Shown here: positions 26,406-40,465 of the stretch, piece by piece | Layout: every line of letters starts with the position of its first letter | Numbering within the stretch: position 1 is the stretch's first letter | Assembly: GCA_023920165.1 (NCBI GenBank) | Contig: CP089278.1 | Coordinates: forward strand, 1,798,001 to 1,862,000 | Length of the DNA: 64,000 nt | Direction of reading: 5' to 3' | Source: Curvularia clavata | Taxonomy: Eukaryota | Made by a program: the position numbers and the translations under genes | Notes under the pieces: model-generated | Database searches by the model: none | The model's input: the letters and a program-made list of their open reading frames with translations, nothing else | What the model was told of the DNA's origin: nothing

Positions 26406-28974
26406 TGCCAAAATCAATGTTACTTGGCCATAAAACAGCGTTGGCGTCGCTCGTTGTGTATCGCGCGTGGAGGAAGGAATGTAATAGGGTTGGAGATGTC
26501 ATCATGCGCTAGCGGTCCGAGCGGCTGCAGGGCTGGGGCTGACAGCAAGCCTCATTATCATTCTCGACGCTTATCTCGACCCCAGCGCCCACATCACCTG
26601 TAACAACCATGTAGGGCTTGTTAGTACAGAGCTGCTGGCAGGGGTCGCTTCGAAGGTGTGTAGACAATTCACTAGTAAAATTCTGTCATGAGTGAACAGG
26701 TTGCAATCAAGGAATGGTCTACACTATTGGGCCACGTAGACACCAGCCAAAAGATTGGGTTGGCATTTCTTGACCAAACTGTAACCTGTGCTCGTCTCTC
26801 GCCCTGCCGCGGTCAAAGCATCATGTTGCCGTTGGCGGTTCCGGTTGATTTGGTCCGCGTAACCGGACGTCGCTAGCCACCGCATGTCTTTGGGGATTAC
26901 TACTATAGATTCAAAGAAGCAAAAGAACAAAAACATATGACAGTGGGAGTTCGCCAAAGGCCCAACTGACTACTAACCCGACGGTCAACGGTTTATCGCT
27001 TGGAAATCAGACGGGTCCAAACCATCACGTGATCTGTGTCCCAAATTGATCAAATTTGGAATGAGCTATTGCCATTACTATACCGGTCAGAAGCAAGTTA
27101 ACGACACTAACTCGCACCTCAACTTTGCGTCATCGACACCAGCGTCATGTCGCGTGTTTCACAACACAATTGTCCCATGTCAATCATGTACCAGATATAC
27201 TCAGGACCAATGACTGACCTTCCGCACATGCTCTGTCTGCGAGGAAACATGACGATTCGCAATTACGAGTACGAGGGCAAAGGCACCGTTTCGGCGAGTA
27301 GTCTTGCATAACTCTCAGCTACCTCTGCAAGTGCCCGGCCACGCAAGACTGGCACCACGGCGTTTCTGTTATAATCACAATACAGGAGCGGGGAAAGGAT
27401 CGTCGGAAGACCGGAGACTCATGACCAGGGCTCGGTATAGATTCCTCGTTGACATGACGGCCCGAGGAACTCGACCTAGCAAGAATGAGCGGATTCAATC
27501 GGAACAACCTTCCGCAAAGGAGACATGGTCAAGTCGGACGGCCGTGTGTCTTTGGGCTGGGTAACGTCAAAACAGGCATAGACGAGGTGCTTCCCAGCAG
27601 ACAAGTGACAGACTGCCGCAGAGCATCAGCGATACATGTCCTCGTTTCAGCCCCTTGGCCACAAATGACGCTCAGCGCGCCGAACCGATATGTCGCACTA
27701 ACGTACCACCAACAAGCCTTTCGGGCCTGCTTGGCAACGAAGCTTAGCCTCGATCCGATGCTGGGGTGCTGATCGAGATGTTGGGCGAGGACGCAACAAG
27801 CCTGTGGGCGCCAAAGGATTCGTCCACCCCTGAGAAGCAGAAGAGGCGTACGCGGCAGGAGTAGGCTATATCAGCTACCACAACAGGCGCTCTTGGGAGA
27901 CTGCAGCTAGCAGCGCTAGGACATGTGCAGAGCCCGATAAACTTTAGGAGAGTCTTCTGTCGCAAGCCTGTCCTTGGGAAGATGGGCATAACGACAAAGC
28001 AGCCATGTGCCCGCGGGCGACAGACGGGGAAACGCCCCGATGCATTTGGCCGCCGTGTCGACGCTGCATGCCATGTGCAGTCTGGGGTGGGGAGGACTTA
28101 AGCAGCACTCAGGGCGTCTGCAGAAGCCAAAACCCAAGCCGCCGTCTCCCCCTCCCCCTCTTGTACATACACGGTACCACAAACCCCCCTCGATCCGTCT
28201 TGTAGCGGCGTCCCAATCCACAATTCCACGGCGTGAATCCATTGTGTCGTGTGCCAGACCACACTCGCGGTCCTTTGACGACTTGGCAGCCAAGATCGGT
28301 GCGGCTCTCGAACAAGCCTTGTGCGCGCGCATCCAGGCGGTACGTAACGACGACGATCCGTCATGAATTTCTGTCTACCCCCACCATGGCCGCCTGAATA
28401 TGAGTGTCGTCGTGCTGGGTAGCGTTTGGTGTCGGGCAGCGTCTCTGGGTAGCGCTGTGCAGTGCTGTGCTCGCCAGGCTGTCTATACTCACGCTAGGGA
28501 GCACTGCCACCATCCTCACCCTCGCTCCCCCTCCCCGCGTGGGTCCCGCGATGCCTCCGCCGCATACGCCTTCTCCTGTGCTCACTGCCGTCCGCAATGC
28601 TGATCAGAGCCTCGCGCTATCCAGTTTGCCGCCATAAACACCGCCTGCACCCCTCGCCACAACCCCCAGTCCACCTGAGACAGCTGCGCGTCCCCGTCGA
28701 GGGTGCCACACCCGAAGCAGCCGCCCTACGACGACGACGACGACGACGACGGCGCCACATGCTCAACACCTAATCGCGTCCCCTGTCGTTTGCGCCCACC
28801 ACTGCTACTGTCTGGGACCGCTCGTTCTCACTTTCACGGCCGACTGCTGCCCTGTTGCGCATCACCCACACCCCCTAGCCGGTAACTATAGCCGACAAGG
28901 CCGCAAACAAACACAACACTACTCCCATATCCACACTTCGCGGGCAACCGCACAATGCGCGCAGGACCCGGAGT

Positions 28975-31600
28975 ATGACTTCCAGCCAAAAACGCGCCTC
29001 CGCTACCCCGTCCTCGCCAGCATCGAGCAGATCGTTTCTGTCCCGCTTCAAATCGCCTTTGTCTTCAAAGTCGCGCAACTACACAGAATTCTACATCCAG
29101 TCCGACGACCCACACCGCCAGTACTCGCCCGGCGATGTCATAAGCGGAACCGTCATCATCAAGATTGTCAAGCCGCTGAGGATAACGCACCTGGTAGTGT
29201 CGCTGCACGGCTATGCCCAGGTTTTCAAGAACCCAAATACGCCAGGCGACGCCTACAAAAACTACTGCTCAACGGTTGGTGCGGGCAAGGGAAACAAGGC
29301 AGCCAGCTACTTTGGCAATGGATTTGTGTCGCTGTTCGAGGATGAGGTAGTCCTGTGCGGAGAGGGGAGGCTGTCCGAAGGCATATACCACTTCAACTTT
29401 GAACTCGAATTCCCTTCCAAGGGTCTGCCAAGCAGCATCGACGTAAGCTACGCCCATGTCCAGCAGGTCAAACCTTGCTAATTCCAGAGTACAGTTCGAG
29501 CGCGGCACCATATCCTATATGCTTAATGCTACACTGACCCGTCCCACGACCATATCCCCAACAGCCTCCTGTGACACCAAGGTATATCTCACCGACGCCA
29601 TTGACATTGCTCCGGTACCGCCGCTCAAGCCACGAGTGATATCGCTTGAGCCTATATCTAGAAGAACACGCACCAAAGCGCGAAAACCACCAACCGAAGG
29701 AGCAGTACCGCAAACACCCAATCCCGCAAATCCTACGTCAGCCACATCCACCCTGGAGCCAAATTCCGCCATTGATGAAACCGAGGGCCCACGAAGTCCT
29801 TCGCCAAGCGATGTGAGTTATGGGAGCCAAAGGAGTAGTGGTAATGCTTCGGGGACCGAGTACGGTGTTCGCTCGATCAACACTGCTACTGACGGATCCC
29901 CTTCACAAAATGGAAGTCGAGCAAACGCCAAAGGAAAGACTATCACAGCGACGATTGATGTCCTCAAGGGTGGTTTCCTAAGAGGTGATCAAATACCGAT
30001 CAAGGTCACGGTAAATCATACAAAACACATTCGCAGTCTCAAAGGCATCATCATCACTCTTTACCGCCTGGCAAGAGTCGACATGCACCCGGCGCTTCCC
30101 GTTGTTCCCAATAGCAAAGGTGACAAGACTAAATCAGAGGACTACTATCCAAAATCCAGGACCGGCCTCGGAGGACTATCCCTCTCTTCTGCCGGCTCGA
30201 GTCATACTTTCCGGAAAGACCTGTGTCAATCTTTTGCGCCCCTGTTTGTCGATCCCAGGACCCTGACGGCCGAAGTCAAGTGTACAGTGCGCGTACCTGA
30301 TGAGGCATTTCCAACAATTTCAAATGTCCCAGGAGCCATGATTTCGTTCAAATACTATGTCGAAGTGGTCGTGGATATCCAGGGTAAGTTGACAGGACTC
30401 GACCGCATGGTCGCAAACGCTGGCCTGGTGAACGTGCCGTCTACTGCCGGTGGTTCAACCATGGCAGGCGATGATGCATCAGGCGGCATGTTCTCAACTT
30501 GGGCTGGTGTTTTTGTAGACACGGACCAGATACGTCGCGAGAAGGGTATAGTGACAGCCCTATTCGAGGTTGTCATCGGCACAAAAGACAGCGAAAGGAA
30601 CGGGAAAAGAAAACAAACACAGGACCATCCAGCCTACAGCAATGGCATCAACGGCTTTCCTTATGAAGGTTACACGGATCCAAACGATGAGCAGGGGTAT
30701 GACTCCTACTATTACGACCATGACGAGAACGGTCAATATTATGACTATGGCTACGATCCGGCATACGGCAATGCTCCTGGATATGAACAATACGGTGCAG
30801 GCGCAAGTACGTCGTTTTCGCTGCCGAGAAATGTGCCTGAAGAAGATCAAGGGATGTCGGAGAAAGAACGGCTACGGCGGGCAGAGGAGCGTTTGCTGCC
30901 CTCCCGGCCTCCAGATGCTGCTGGTCCATCCGCGCCTCCAGGTGGCGCACAACACGGCATACCAGCTTCAGCTCCCGTGCTACCAGAAGAAGATGATTCC
31001 AACCCTCCTTATGTGGCAGCGTCGTCATCATCATCATCCATTCCAGCGCATCCTCCTCCACCGTTCCGGGCTGCGCCATCGCCATCAGCGTCATCGGCCT
31101 GGCCACTAGCAGCTTCTTTGCAACGCCGGACTACAAACCCTGGCGACGAGGAAGGGGGAACTTCCGCTACTGGGTCTTTGCACACTATACGTGTGGACGG
31201 CCAAGGAACACCCGTCAATGGCAACGAGAATGACCCTTCAAAGCCACTACCTCCTCTACCACCACAATCGCCGACTGAGGTACAAGACTCCGCACCAGCG
31301 TACTTGGCTTCGTCATCATCACACCTGCCGCCCACAGACGACAAGCATGAATTGCAGCGGCGGAGATTAGAAATGGAAAGAAGCGCGCCGCCTACGGATC
31401 ACGACGATGAAGGTGGTCCTTCAAATGGTGGCTCATCTTTGCCACATGCACCATCAGGCTTACACTTGGCACCTTCAGCACCGATGCTGAATGACGACGA
31501 CGAGTTCCTTGTTGAGGCGGTGCGTCCAGTTCGAAGCAGGCAGGATCCACCAGAGAGCAGTAGAAGACAAAGCGAGGTGTTGCCCGAGTATCAAAGGTGA
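28975..31600 (+). CDS. palF: Arrestin-like pH-response regulator PalF/Rim8
   Basis: Arrestin fold motifs (PHRQYSPGD, LPSSIDFERGTISY, DYYPKSRTGLGGLSLSS), SAP-type repeats and C-terminal LPEYQR; intron 29443-29494. Confidence 0.92.
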
Positions 31601-32196
31601 TATGGCGGTGTTGGCGTTTGTGGTGTTTGGGAGATGAATCAGCGCGTTAGCATGAGCGACGCATAGAATTTTGTCGTTCTGATTGGTTTACTGGGTTACA
31701 TTTTTGTAGGGCATGTGAGATGGATATTCTTTCGAACTTTCTATGATACCTTGGATGGACTAGTATTGCATTTTATTTCTCTTCTTCCTACCGCGCACCT
31801 CGGTTCGTATCGTCGTTGTCTTCCGTGACCCAGCGGAATGAGTCGCCTTTTCGACCTTACTTGTACTGTCTGACTCCCCCATTATCGGTCGACTTAGCAT
31901 CAACGCACTCTTGTGAAGAACTAACTCTATACCAATATACATACTGACACATATACACACTAGTATGTATATCTGCATATCTGCATATCTGCATACCTGA
32001 TAATTACAGTCTTCAGACTCTCGAGTAGCCCGAGCCCTTGCAGCTGGACTGTGGGCGGGTTTCCCCACATGGGCGCCGAGACTCGGCGCTAGCGTGCATC
32101 CACAAATTTTTGGCCCTTCGATTTACAGAACTCCTGCTCTACTCCCCAGTCCTGTCATTTTGTGTGTTTTCTTACAGCAATACTAGAATATTCAGT

Positions 32197-33349
32197 ATGG
32201 GTCTCGCCGCGCCAAAAAAGTATTCACTACGCGATCTCGGCTTTTGCCACTGTACTGCAAAAAAACTGACCCTGTGCCAGCCGAATCAAAATCTCCAATG
32301 ACCCGCAAAACACGAACTGGGCGAACAACACCTCACGTTTCGGTCATCGCATGTTGACTGCGCAAGGATGGCAGCCTGGTAGCTCTCTGGGCGCAAAAGA
32401 TGCGTCGCACGCCGCTCATTACACCGCCGCGTCCCAATCGCACATCCGAGTCTTTCTCAAGGACGACAATCTGGGCTTAGGCGCAAAGCGGGGCAGCGAA
32501 CGGGCGGAAAACTTTGGACTTGCGGGGCTAGAAAGTATCCTCGGACGCTTGAATGGCAACGAGGCTGCGGTCAAGAAAGAAGAGGAAAGGCAGGAGGAGA
32601 TTGAGAAGAGGGCATTTGTATACCGAAAGTACGGCATGATGAACTTTGTCAGCGGTGGCTTTTTGGTTGGCGATAAAATCACAAAGAAGTCGGACGTGAA
32701 GAAGGAGATTGAGGTCAAGACGGAGACGGAAATCAAGTCTGAGCCGCAGAGTGACGACGGGGCAGTCAGCAGCAAGGACAAGAAGAGAAAGCGAGAGGAG
32801 CGCGCTGAGGAGGAGCCTAAGCTGAAGCGCAAGAAGAAGAGCACGGATCTGCGCGACAATGGAAAGACGGACAGCGACTCGTTAAAGTCAAAGAAGGATA
32901 AAAAGGACAAGTCGAAGAAGTCGAAGCGAGCGACTTCGTCCGAGGCGGACCCGTCGGCAGATGCAGAGCTAGTCACAGACAAGGCACGACGAAAAGCAGA
33001 GAAGAAGGCACGCAAGGAAGAGAAGAAGGCCAAGAAGGCGCTCAAGAAGGCGGCAAAGAAGGCAGCGAAACAGGAGAGCTCCGACGACTCGAGCTCTGAG
33101 AGCGAGACAGAGGAAAGCACGACAGCTTCATCCGTGCCTGTGTCGGGCGCATCTACACCTGCGCCTGCTGGTCTGACGTACAACCCTCGAGGCATGCATG
33201 CAGTCAGACAGAGGTGGATCCGCCAGAAAAAGGCCGCCACAATGGACGCGCAAGCGATGAAAGAAGTAAGTTGGTCTCTTGACGCCTTGTCGCGAGTGAA
33301 TTGCTGCTGACATGGTGTCCAGATTTTCATGATTAAAACGCCGTCATAA
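32197..33349 (+). CDS. PXR1: G-patch rRNA processing/telomerase-associated protein Pxr1 (PinX1)
   Basis: MGLAAPKNRIKISNDPQNTNW, G-patch FGHRMLTAQGWQPGSSLG...KDDNLGLGA, Lys-rich tail; two introns. Confidence 0.93.
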
Positions 33350-34200
33350 GCCTCGCCTGGCGCTTAGAATATTACCATTTGCATAGCGAGGCGTTTGTGG
33401 GGGTTTGTTGTACATGGTAGCATTTGTATGCTTGTCGGAGCGAAGCAGGATAGATTGTCTTATCTTAAACTAGGAAATTAGACCGAGCATCCTGACTTTC
33501 GCTCTTGTTGATTACGTTGCCGTGCGTCGGCTGCTGCGGAACGAAACCTTTTCTTTGCACTCGACGAGTATCGCATGACCGGCTTCCGGTGAGGGACGGA
33601 TAGCAATAAAGTGTCTGGATGGGCAGAACCGCCATGCCGCTACTTTCTGGATTTGCGATGCACGTGGTGAATGTTATTTACTGATGACAATGGATCCAGA
33701 GCTCAGTGTCTCGAGAGCATGTACTGTGGGCACGTCGAGCGGGGAAGGGCAACTACTGTAGATGGCTTTGATAGAGTGACAAACGCCGGATCCACGATAG
33801 GGCGACTGAATAGTTTCCAGAAAACAGGGATTGGCGCCTAGGCGCGTCAGTTCCTGCATGGTGGATCCCATCTCGGCACGCTAGCCCGCGGCTGGCATGA
33901 GACAATGTATAATGACCTCGCCCATACTGGAGAGCACGGCCGGCCGTTGAGCACGACGCCTCCTTTGAACCTCCCCAGCCGTCGGCCCTGATTGCTTTTG
34001 TCACACCCCCCTCCTCCCTGCCAGTCAAAATGGCGGCCAACAGCAGCATGCGTCGCAAGACCCTCGACGTCCCTGGCAAGGCCCACTGCTACCAAAAACC
34101 CACCGACATACATTGCTAATCCCCCGACGCAGGAAGCTTTTATTCACCCAACACGTCCACGCACTCGACACAGACTCCCGAAGCCTCGTCCATAGACTCC

Positions 34201-35830
34201 ATGGCTGCGCAATTGGCTTCCGTTGTGCCCGCCGTCGCCACGTTGCGGCAGAATGGCGCCCCTGTCCTAGCTAGAAAACAGTCGTCGCCCATGATGCCTC
34301 CTTTCATGGTCTCCGCGCCGGGCAAGGTCATTGTCTACGGCGAGCACGCCGTTGTACACGGAAAGGTACAGCTGGGCAGTACCAACACCTCCTGGGACCT
34401 TTGCTGATGTCTTGCAGGCTGCCATTGCGGCTGCCATCTCCCTCCGCTCCTATCTCCACGTTTCGTTCCTCTCCAAGTCGAGCCGAACCGTAAAGCTGCG
34501 CTTTCCCGACATCCAGATGGAACACACATGGAACATTGACGATCTGCCGTGGGATGCTTTCTCCAAGCCGGGCAAGAAGAAGTACTACTATGACCTCGTG
34601 ACATCACTAGATCCTGACCTGATGGCCGCCATACAACCCTTCATCGACCAAGTGTCCCCAAAAGCCGCTGAGCCGATACGAAAAATCCACCACGCCTCGG
34701 CGTGTTCCTTCCTATACCTATTTCTCTCTCTTGCGTCACGCAAGGTCCCACCATGTGTCTACACGCTACGCTCAACGATCCCAATCGGCGCGGGGTTGGG
34801 CAGCAGTGCCAGTATCTCTGTTTGCCTCAGTACCGCACTGCTGCTGCAGATCCGCGCGCTGAGCGGACCGCACCAGGACCAGCCCCCTCAAGAATGTGAG
34901 CTTAATATCGAGCGCATCAACCGCTGGGCGTTTGTTGGTGAAATGTGCATACACGGAAACCCGTCAGGTGTTGATAATACTGTCTCGTCGGGTGGTAAAG
35001 CTGTCCTGTTTCAACGGCGAGACTACGACAAGCCGCCGCTCGTTGTCCCGCTACACAGCTTCCCGGAACTTCCCCTCCTCCTCGTCAACACACGGCAGTC
35101 GCGTAGTACAGCTACCGAAGTCGCCAAAGTCGCCCACTTGCGCAAAGTGCATCCCGCGCTTACTGAGAACATTCTCGACGCAATTGGTCTCGTCACCGAA
35201 TCCGCGCACAAGCTTCTTACATCACCAGACTTTGACTCGAAATCGCCCGAAGCGCTTAAGCACCTCGGTGAACTTGTAACCATCAACCATGGCCTACTCG
35301 TTTCGCTAGGCGTCTCGCATCCGAAGCTCGAACGTATTCGAGAGATCATCGATCACACAGGTATTGGCTGGACAAAACTCACAGGTGCAGGAGGTGGAGG
35401 CTGTGCCATTACCATTCTTAAGCCGCAGCCACCCACATCCACAAGCGGTACGCAGCCCGACGCCGTCTCGGATGACTCTGACAATGTCTCCGAGCCAGAC
35501 ATGGATTGCAATGCCTCCATCATCTCCACTGGCACCAAGATGAAGTACAAGATTCTCGACTCGCTCGAGGTCAAGCTCGAGAATGAAGGGTTTGAGAAGT
35601 TTGAGACGACTCTTGCAGGCGATGGCGTTGGCGTCCTTTGGCCAGCCGTGCTGCACAATGGAAACGAAGAGGAGGGCGGAGAGGAGATTGATCAGGAAAA
35701 GTTCCTCAAGGCAGAGGGCAATGTTGGGATCGAGAGGCTTGTGGGTGTGAACAGCTCGCAAAGGAAGGATTACAAGGAAGTTCGGGAAGGGTGGAAGTTT
35801 TGGAGACCGTGGGAAATTGCCGAACACTGA
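34201..35830 (+). CDS. ERG12: Mevalonate kinase
   Basis: GHMP motifs SAPGKVIVYGEHAVVHGK, PIGAGLGSSAS, HGNPSGVDN and KLTGAGGGGC; intron 34366-34417. Confidence 0.97.
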
Positions 35831-36619
35831 GTACCAGTCTACTCGGTGTGCTTGATCTACTTTCTCACACAGCTGCTCTTCTAGTTGTTTTAATATCGGT
35901 GCGGGTCTCGATTTCTCGATTCTTTTCAAGTAGGGTTGTGTACATATTAGGGCTATAGAAGGCTTAGGATATTGGGCGTCTGTTCATCAATCCTGATCAA
36001 GCTACCTTCTTGGATGAAGGTAGGTCTGGTCCAAGCATAGTTCTTTGTAGCTTGCCCAGTCGCATTGCACAATCAGCTATGCTCTATTAGCTGTCTGACA
36101 TATGAGTGGTAAAAATCTACGTCGATTATCGCCTAAAATGAGCCTCTTGTCACGGCGGCTCGAAATAGTAATGTACTATATGCAGCGTGCGTGTGACACG
36201 TGCTCAGGACGTTAAGTATGGCTCCTGGTTGCTCACTCTTGATTTGAACGACCCTGCTGTATTTGACAAAACCAGTTGGGATTGGATTTCAGAGCTCTCA
36301 TGTACGGATACCCGATGAATTCACGCTGCGAACCAGCCCAGAACGGGTAATAAAAAATCCGAATAACTCTGAGAGGATGTGCATGATGAAATTCTGGCAT
36401 GGCCTCCGCTAGGCCTAGAGTTGTCGACAATCAAGTCAGATCAGATTGATTAGAAGCAGGCATGAGCCGGATTGACTTGATTGTTGACAACTCTGGCTAA
36501 CTATACCCACCCTAACGTCAATTCGTAACCGGGAATTTCTGCCAAGATGCGCAAACCATTAACTGCAGATGCAGGACATATCACATTACTAAGGACCTTT
36601 TAGGTTCAAAGCATACACC

Positions 36620-37798
36620 CTAGTGCGATTGTATCCAGGCCAACATTTGACCAAACGCTTGTACTTGCGACTGTTTGATCTTCGCATCCTCGTAATCCCC
36701 AAACACGGCGAATCCATGAGGTACTCCAGAGAATATCTGGATCTCATGCTCGACTTTGTTGTTTTCCATGGCTCTCCGGCCAGGTGTTAAGTCATCTTCT
36801 TCAGAGAACATCGGATCGTCTTTCACTGCGGCAATATAGACTGGAGACCTGACGGCTTCGAGGTCCTCCTTGTATGTCATAGTTGGGTGTGCAATGGCAC
36901 CAGCTCGAAGAACTGGTTCTTTCTTGGTTGCTCCTTGTTCTTCATCTTTGGGTGTCTCTTGGCCCCAGGCCACGGTATCAGGAAGCTCAGAGGCAAGCAT
37001 GAGAATATACTTTGCGCCAAAGCAGTAACCCACACCATAGATTCCTGAACCATTCGCGACGGCATCAGCAAATTCCTCTTTGGCACCCTCGATGACCTTG
37101 TGCAACAATGGGAGAACCTTCTCAGGCGTATGTCGGGCGAGCCACATATCAATCATGAATGACTTTATGCCTTCCGCCGTCCTCAGTTTGACGGCCTCGA
37201 GCCAGGACGCATCCTGTGGGATCTCGGCCATGTTGACGCTATTTGGCGCTGGGTCATTATCAAATTGGTCTGGCATAACGACCAGGAATCCTTCCGCAGC
37301 ATACTTGTCCGCCTGCAACTGGTTGTTCGTAGACTGAACACCAGTGCCGCCCGTGAGCATAAGCAGCAGTTTTGAGGGCGAGTGCGGATAGTCGGCAGGT
37401 TTAGCAATATAGCATTCGACCCCACCCAGCTTCGTCAGATCGCCCGTGGGTTTCTCGCCAGCGGGAGTAGGGCGGTCTGTTGTGCAGTGTTCCTATTCAA
37501 TCAGTACTTATAGCCATGAACAGAGTACCATAACATGTCTCCAATACTGGAAAGCCAACACGAGCGACCGGGGGAGTGTGCTACAGCCATGCTATGATCT
37601 ACATATGCAGCCACTGCTACACAGGATAGCGAATCAACTTACACCCATACTTGGTCCCTCTTGGGCTCTAGTATCTCCAGGAAAGATGCTTGCTGGTGCC
37701 GGCCTCGGGGTTGCGGCTCCTTCGCGGGTGTCTTCTTTCTGGTTGTCATCTTGCGCATCGCTCTCAGGCGCACGTGTAGCGACTTCGTTGTCGGCCAT
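36620..37798 (-). CDS. Dienelactone hydrolase family protein
   Basis: GVGYCFGA nucleophile elbow, AHP and VPHGFAV motifs; exon 1 begins MADNEV, one intron near 37640-37493. Confidence 0.9.
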
Positions 37799-37940
37799 TT
37801 CTCGTATGTGTGGATTGATTAAGACGAAAGCTGGCGTGAGTGAGCTGCAGGTGCTCATCGAAGGGTCCAGGTGCTAGTCAGCCAGTTACGTAGCCCCGCG
37901 CTACCACACATCCGGCTAGAGCGGGGCTAAAGTGTCACAT

Positions 37941-37960
37941 GACGCGACGCGTCGACGCGC
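37941..37960. promoter_or_regulatory. MCB (MluI cell-cycle box) cluster upstream of RFA1
   Basis: GACGCGACGCGTCGACGCGC holds three ACGCG cores including ACGCGT, about 75 nt upstream of the RFA1 ATG. RFA1 is an established MBF target in yeasts. Confidence 0.75.
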
Positions 37961-38034
37961 TTCCTGAACTTCAATATACCGCCACCGACACGACAACTCT
38001 CACGACCCCACCACGCCCGTACACCCTCGTCAAC

Positions 38035-40067
38035 ATGGCAGAATCAGTAATCACACAAGGTGCCATTCAGTGAGTGTATCTAGGCAGCGTATATGGAGCA
38101 ATATTAATTCCAAGCAGGAGCATCTTTCAGCCGAGCGGCTGCCTCGTAGACCACCCGATCTTGCAATGCGTGCAGATCAAGACCATGGAGCCCAAGGCGG
38201 GCGAGGCGAATCCTGTGCAGCGCTTCCGGGTTGTATTGAGTGACATTCGAAACTTCATTCAGACCATGATCGCGACCAGTCAGTCAAGCACGAGAAATCT
38301 GAAAAAGACGCAAGAAGCTTACTGTATGCAGCTGCCAACGAGATTGTCACTTCTGGCCAGCTCAAGAAGGGCTCAATAGTGCGACTCCTGAAGTACAACC
38401 CTCAACGTGTCAAGGACAAGAAGTATATACCCTCATGACATTTCTGTGGCTATCATCTGACATACGATTAGCATTCTGATCATCATGGAACTGGAGGTCC
38501 TCTCGCAGTACGGCGAACTCGACAAGATCGGGCAGCCCGAGGCTCTAGACAGCAAACCTGCTGATGCACAGCCTGCAGCGATTCCAGGCAACAACTTTTA
38601 CGGATCGAAGCCTACACCTGCCCCGCAGCCTCAGCGCTCGCTGCCGACCCATCAGAGCAATCCCGGAACTTCATCGCATCCCCACCTCTACCCCATTGAA
38701 TCTCTTTCGCCATACGCACACAAGTGGACCATTCGAGCACGATGCACTCACAAGAGCGACATGAAGGAATGGCACAACCAAAAGGGAACAGGCAAACTCT
38801 TCAGTGTAAATCTGCTGGATGACACCGGCGAGATTCGAGCGACTGCTTTCACAGAAGTCGCTGACAAGCTTTACCCCATCTTTGAAGAAGGTGTGGTATA
38901 CTACATCTCCGCACCTTGTAGAGTGACGCTTGCGAAGAAGCAATTCTCAAACTTGCCCAACGACTATGAGCTGCAATTCGAGCGCGACACCGAAGTCGAA
39001 AAGGCGGAAGATCAAGACAACAAGCCACAGATAAGGTTCAACTTCACCAAAATTGGTGATCTCAACTCAGTTGAGAAGGATACAACCATTGATACGATTG
39101 GTGTGTTGAAGGAAATTGCTGAGGTTACTACGATAACTTCAAAGAACACCAACAAAGACTTCAGCAAGCGAGAACTGACCCTAGCTGATGATAGTCAAAC
39201 ATCGGTACGACTCACCATCTGGGGTAAGACTGCTGAGAGCTTCGATGCACCGCTGGAGTCGATTGTTGCATTCAAGGGAGTCAAGGTCTCTGACTTTGGC
39301 GGCCGAAGTTTGAGTCTTTTGAGTTCTGGTTCAATGATGGTTGATCCGGACATCGATGAGGCTCACAAGCTGCGAGGCTGGTTCAATGCTGTTGGCCAGA
39401 ATACTACCTTTTCCACGCATCAGAACATGGCATCCGCTTCTGGAAGTTCCAAGAATGACGCAAAGCCAATCTCAGCCATCATCGAAGAAGAAGCCTATCT
39501 CCAAGACACTCCCACATATATGAGTCTTCGCGCGTCGGTTCTGTTCGTCAAGAACACTACCATCGCATATCCTGCGTGCTCGACACCGGGCTGTAGCAAA
39601 AAAGTCATCGAGGAAAACCCTGGCTCTTGGTGGTGTGAAAAATGCCAAGCTGCTTTCCCTGAGCCCAACTATCGCTATGTGCTCAGCGTCAATGTTGGTG
39701 ATCACACTGGCACATTGTGGCTTAGCTGCTTTGACGAAGCTGGCCAAGCAATTGTTGGCATGTCGGCGAACAATGCCATGAAGATCAAGATGGATGATGA
39801 TGAGAATGGTACACAAAACCTTTTGCAAACTATGCAGGAAGCGACCTGCAAGACATTCAACTTCCGAGTACGGGCGAAAATGGAGACCTACCAAGACCAA
39901 CCCAAGTAAGCTGTGCTACCGAATTAGAATAATACAATGCTAACAAATACAGGCCTCGTTATCAAGTCTTGAACATTTACCCACTCAACTATGCTCAAGA
40001 AGCTAACAAGCTTGCTCAGCTTATCAAGCAATACGACATAAATGAGGATAGCCTGTTTGTCAATTAA
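38035..40067 (+). CDS. RFA1: Replication protein A 70 kDa subunit
   Basis: OB-fold motifs PIESLSPYAHKWTIRAR, GKLFSVNLLDDTGEIRATAF and KVSDFGGRSLS; Zn finger YPAC...CSKKV...WWCEKC; four introns. Confidence 0.97.
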
Positions 40068-40465
40068 GAGCAGAGGGAGATGCCATGCTTTTCTTCCAAC
40101 AGTTTTCTCTCATACATACCTTTCACAATCCTCTGTACCTATTGCATATTTGCGTTTGAACGCAGATTGTCAATACTAATTGTATGATACCGAAAAGCAC
40201 AATTAAGACGCTTGTCCTGTTGCCTATGTTGTCCGATGCCATGTACCCCACTCTATAACTCCCAGCTCCATGAGTCGTGGAGCTGCCCCGCTCAAACGTC
40301 ATTACCAATCATTTCGGTAGCCACCGGAATGGTCTCGGAAATAGGTACAAGTATTCCTTTGTGCAGCTCAACTGTTCAATAGACAATCCGAGTGTTGTGT
40401 TTTTTCTACTTCGTGCACATCAACTGTACCCATACCTGAAATACACCACCGAAAGAGCCACCAAG

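Noticed and set aside
31968..31994. Short (ATATCTGC)x3 tandem repeat
   Set aside because: Simple slippage repeat in intergenic DNA with no further structure.
32419..33330. 303-aa ORF antisense to PXR1
   Set aside because: Shadow of a Lys/Glu/Ser-rich coding strand (Phe/Leu/Ser-rich mirror).
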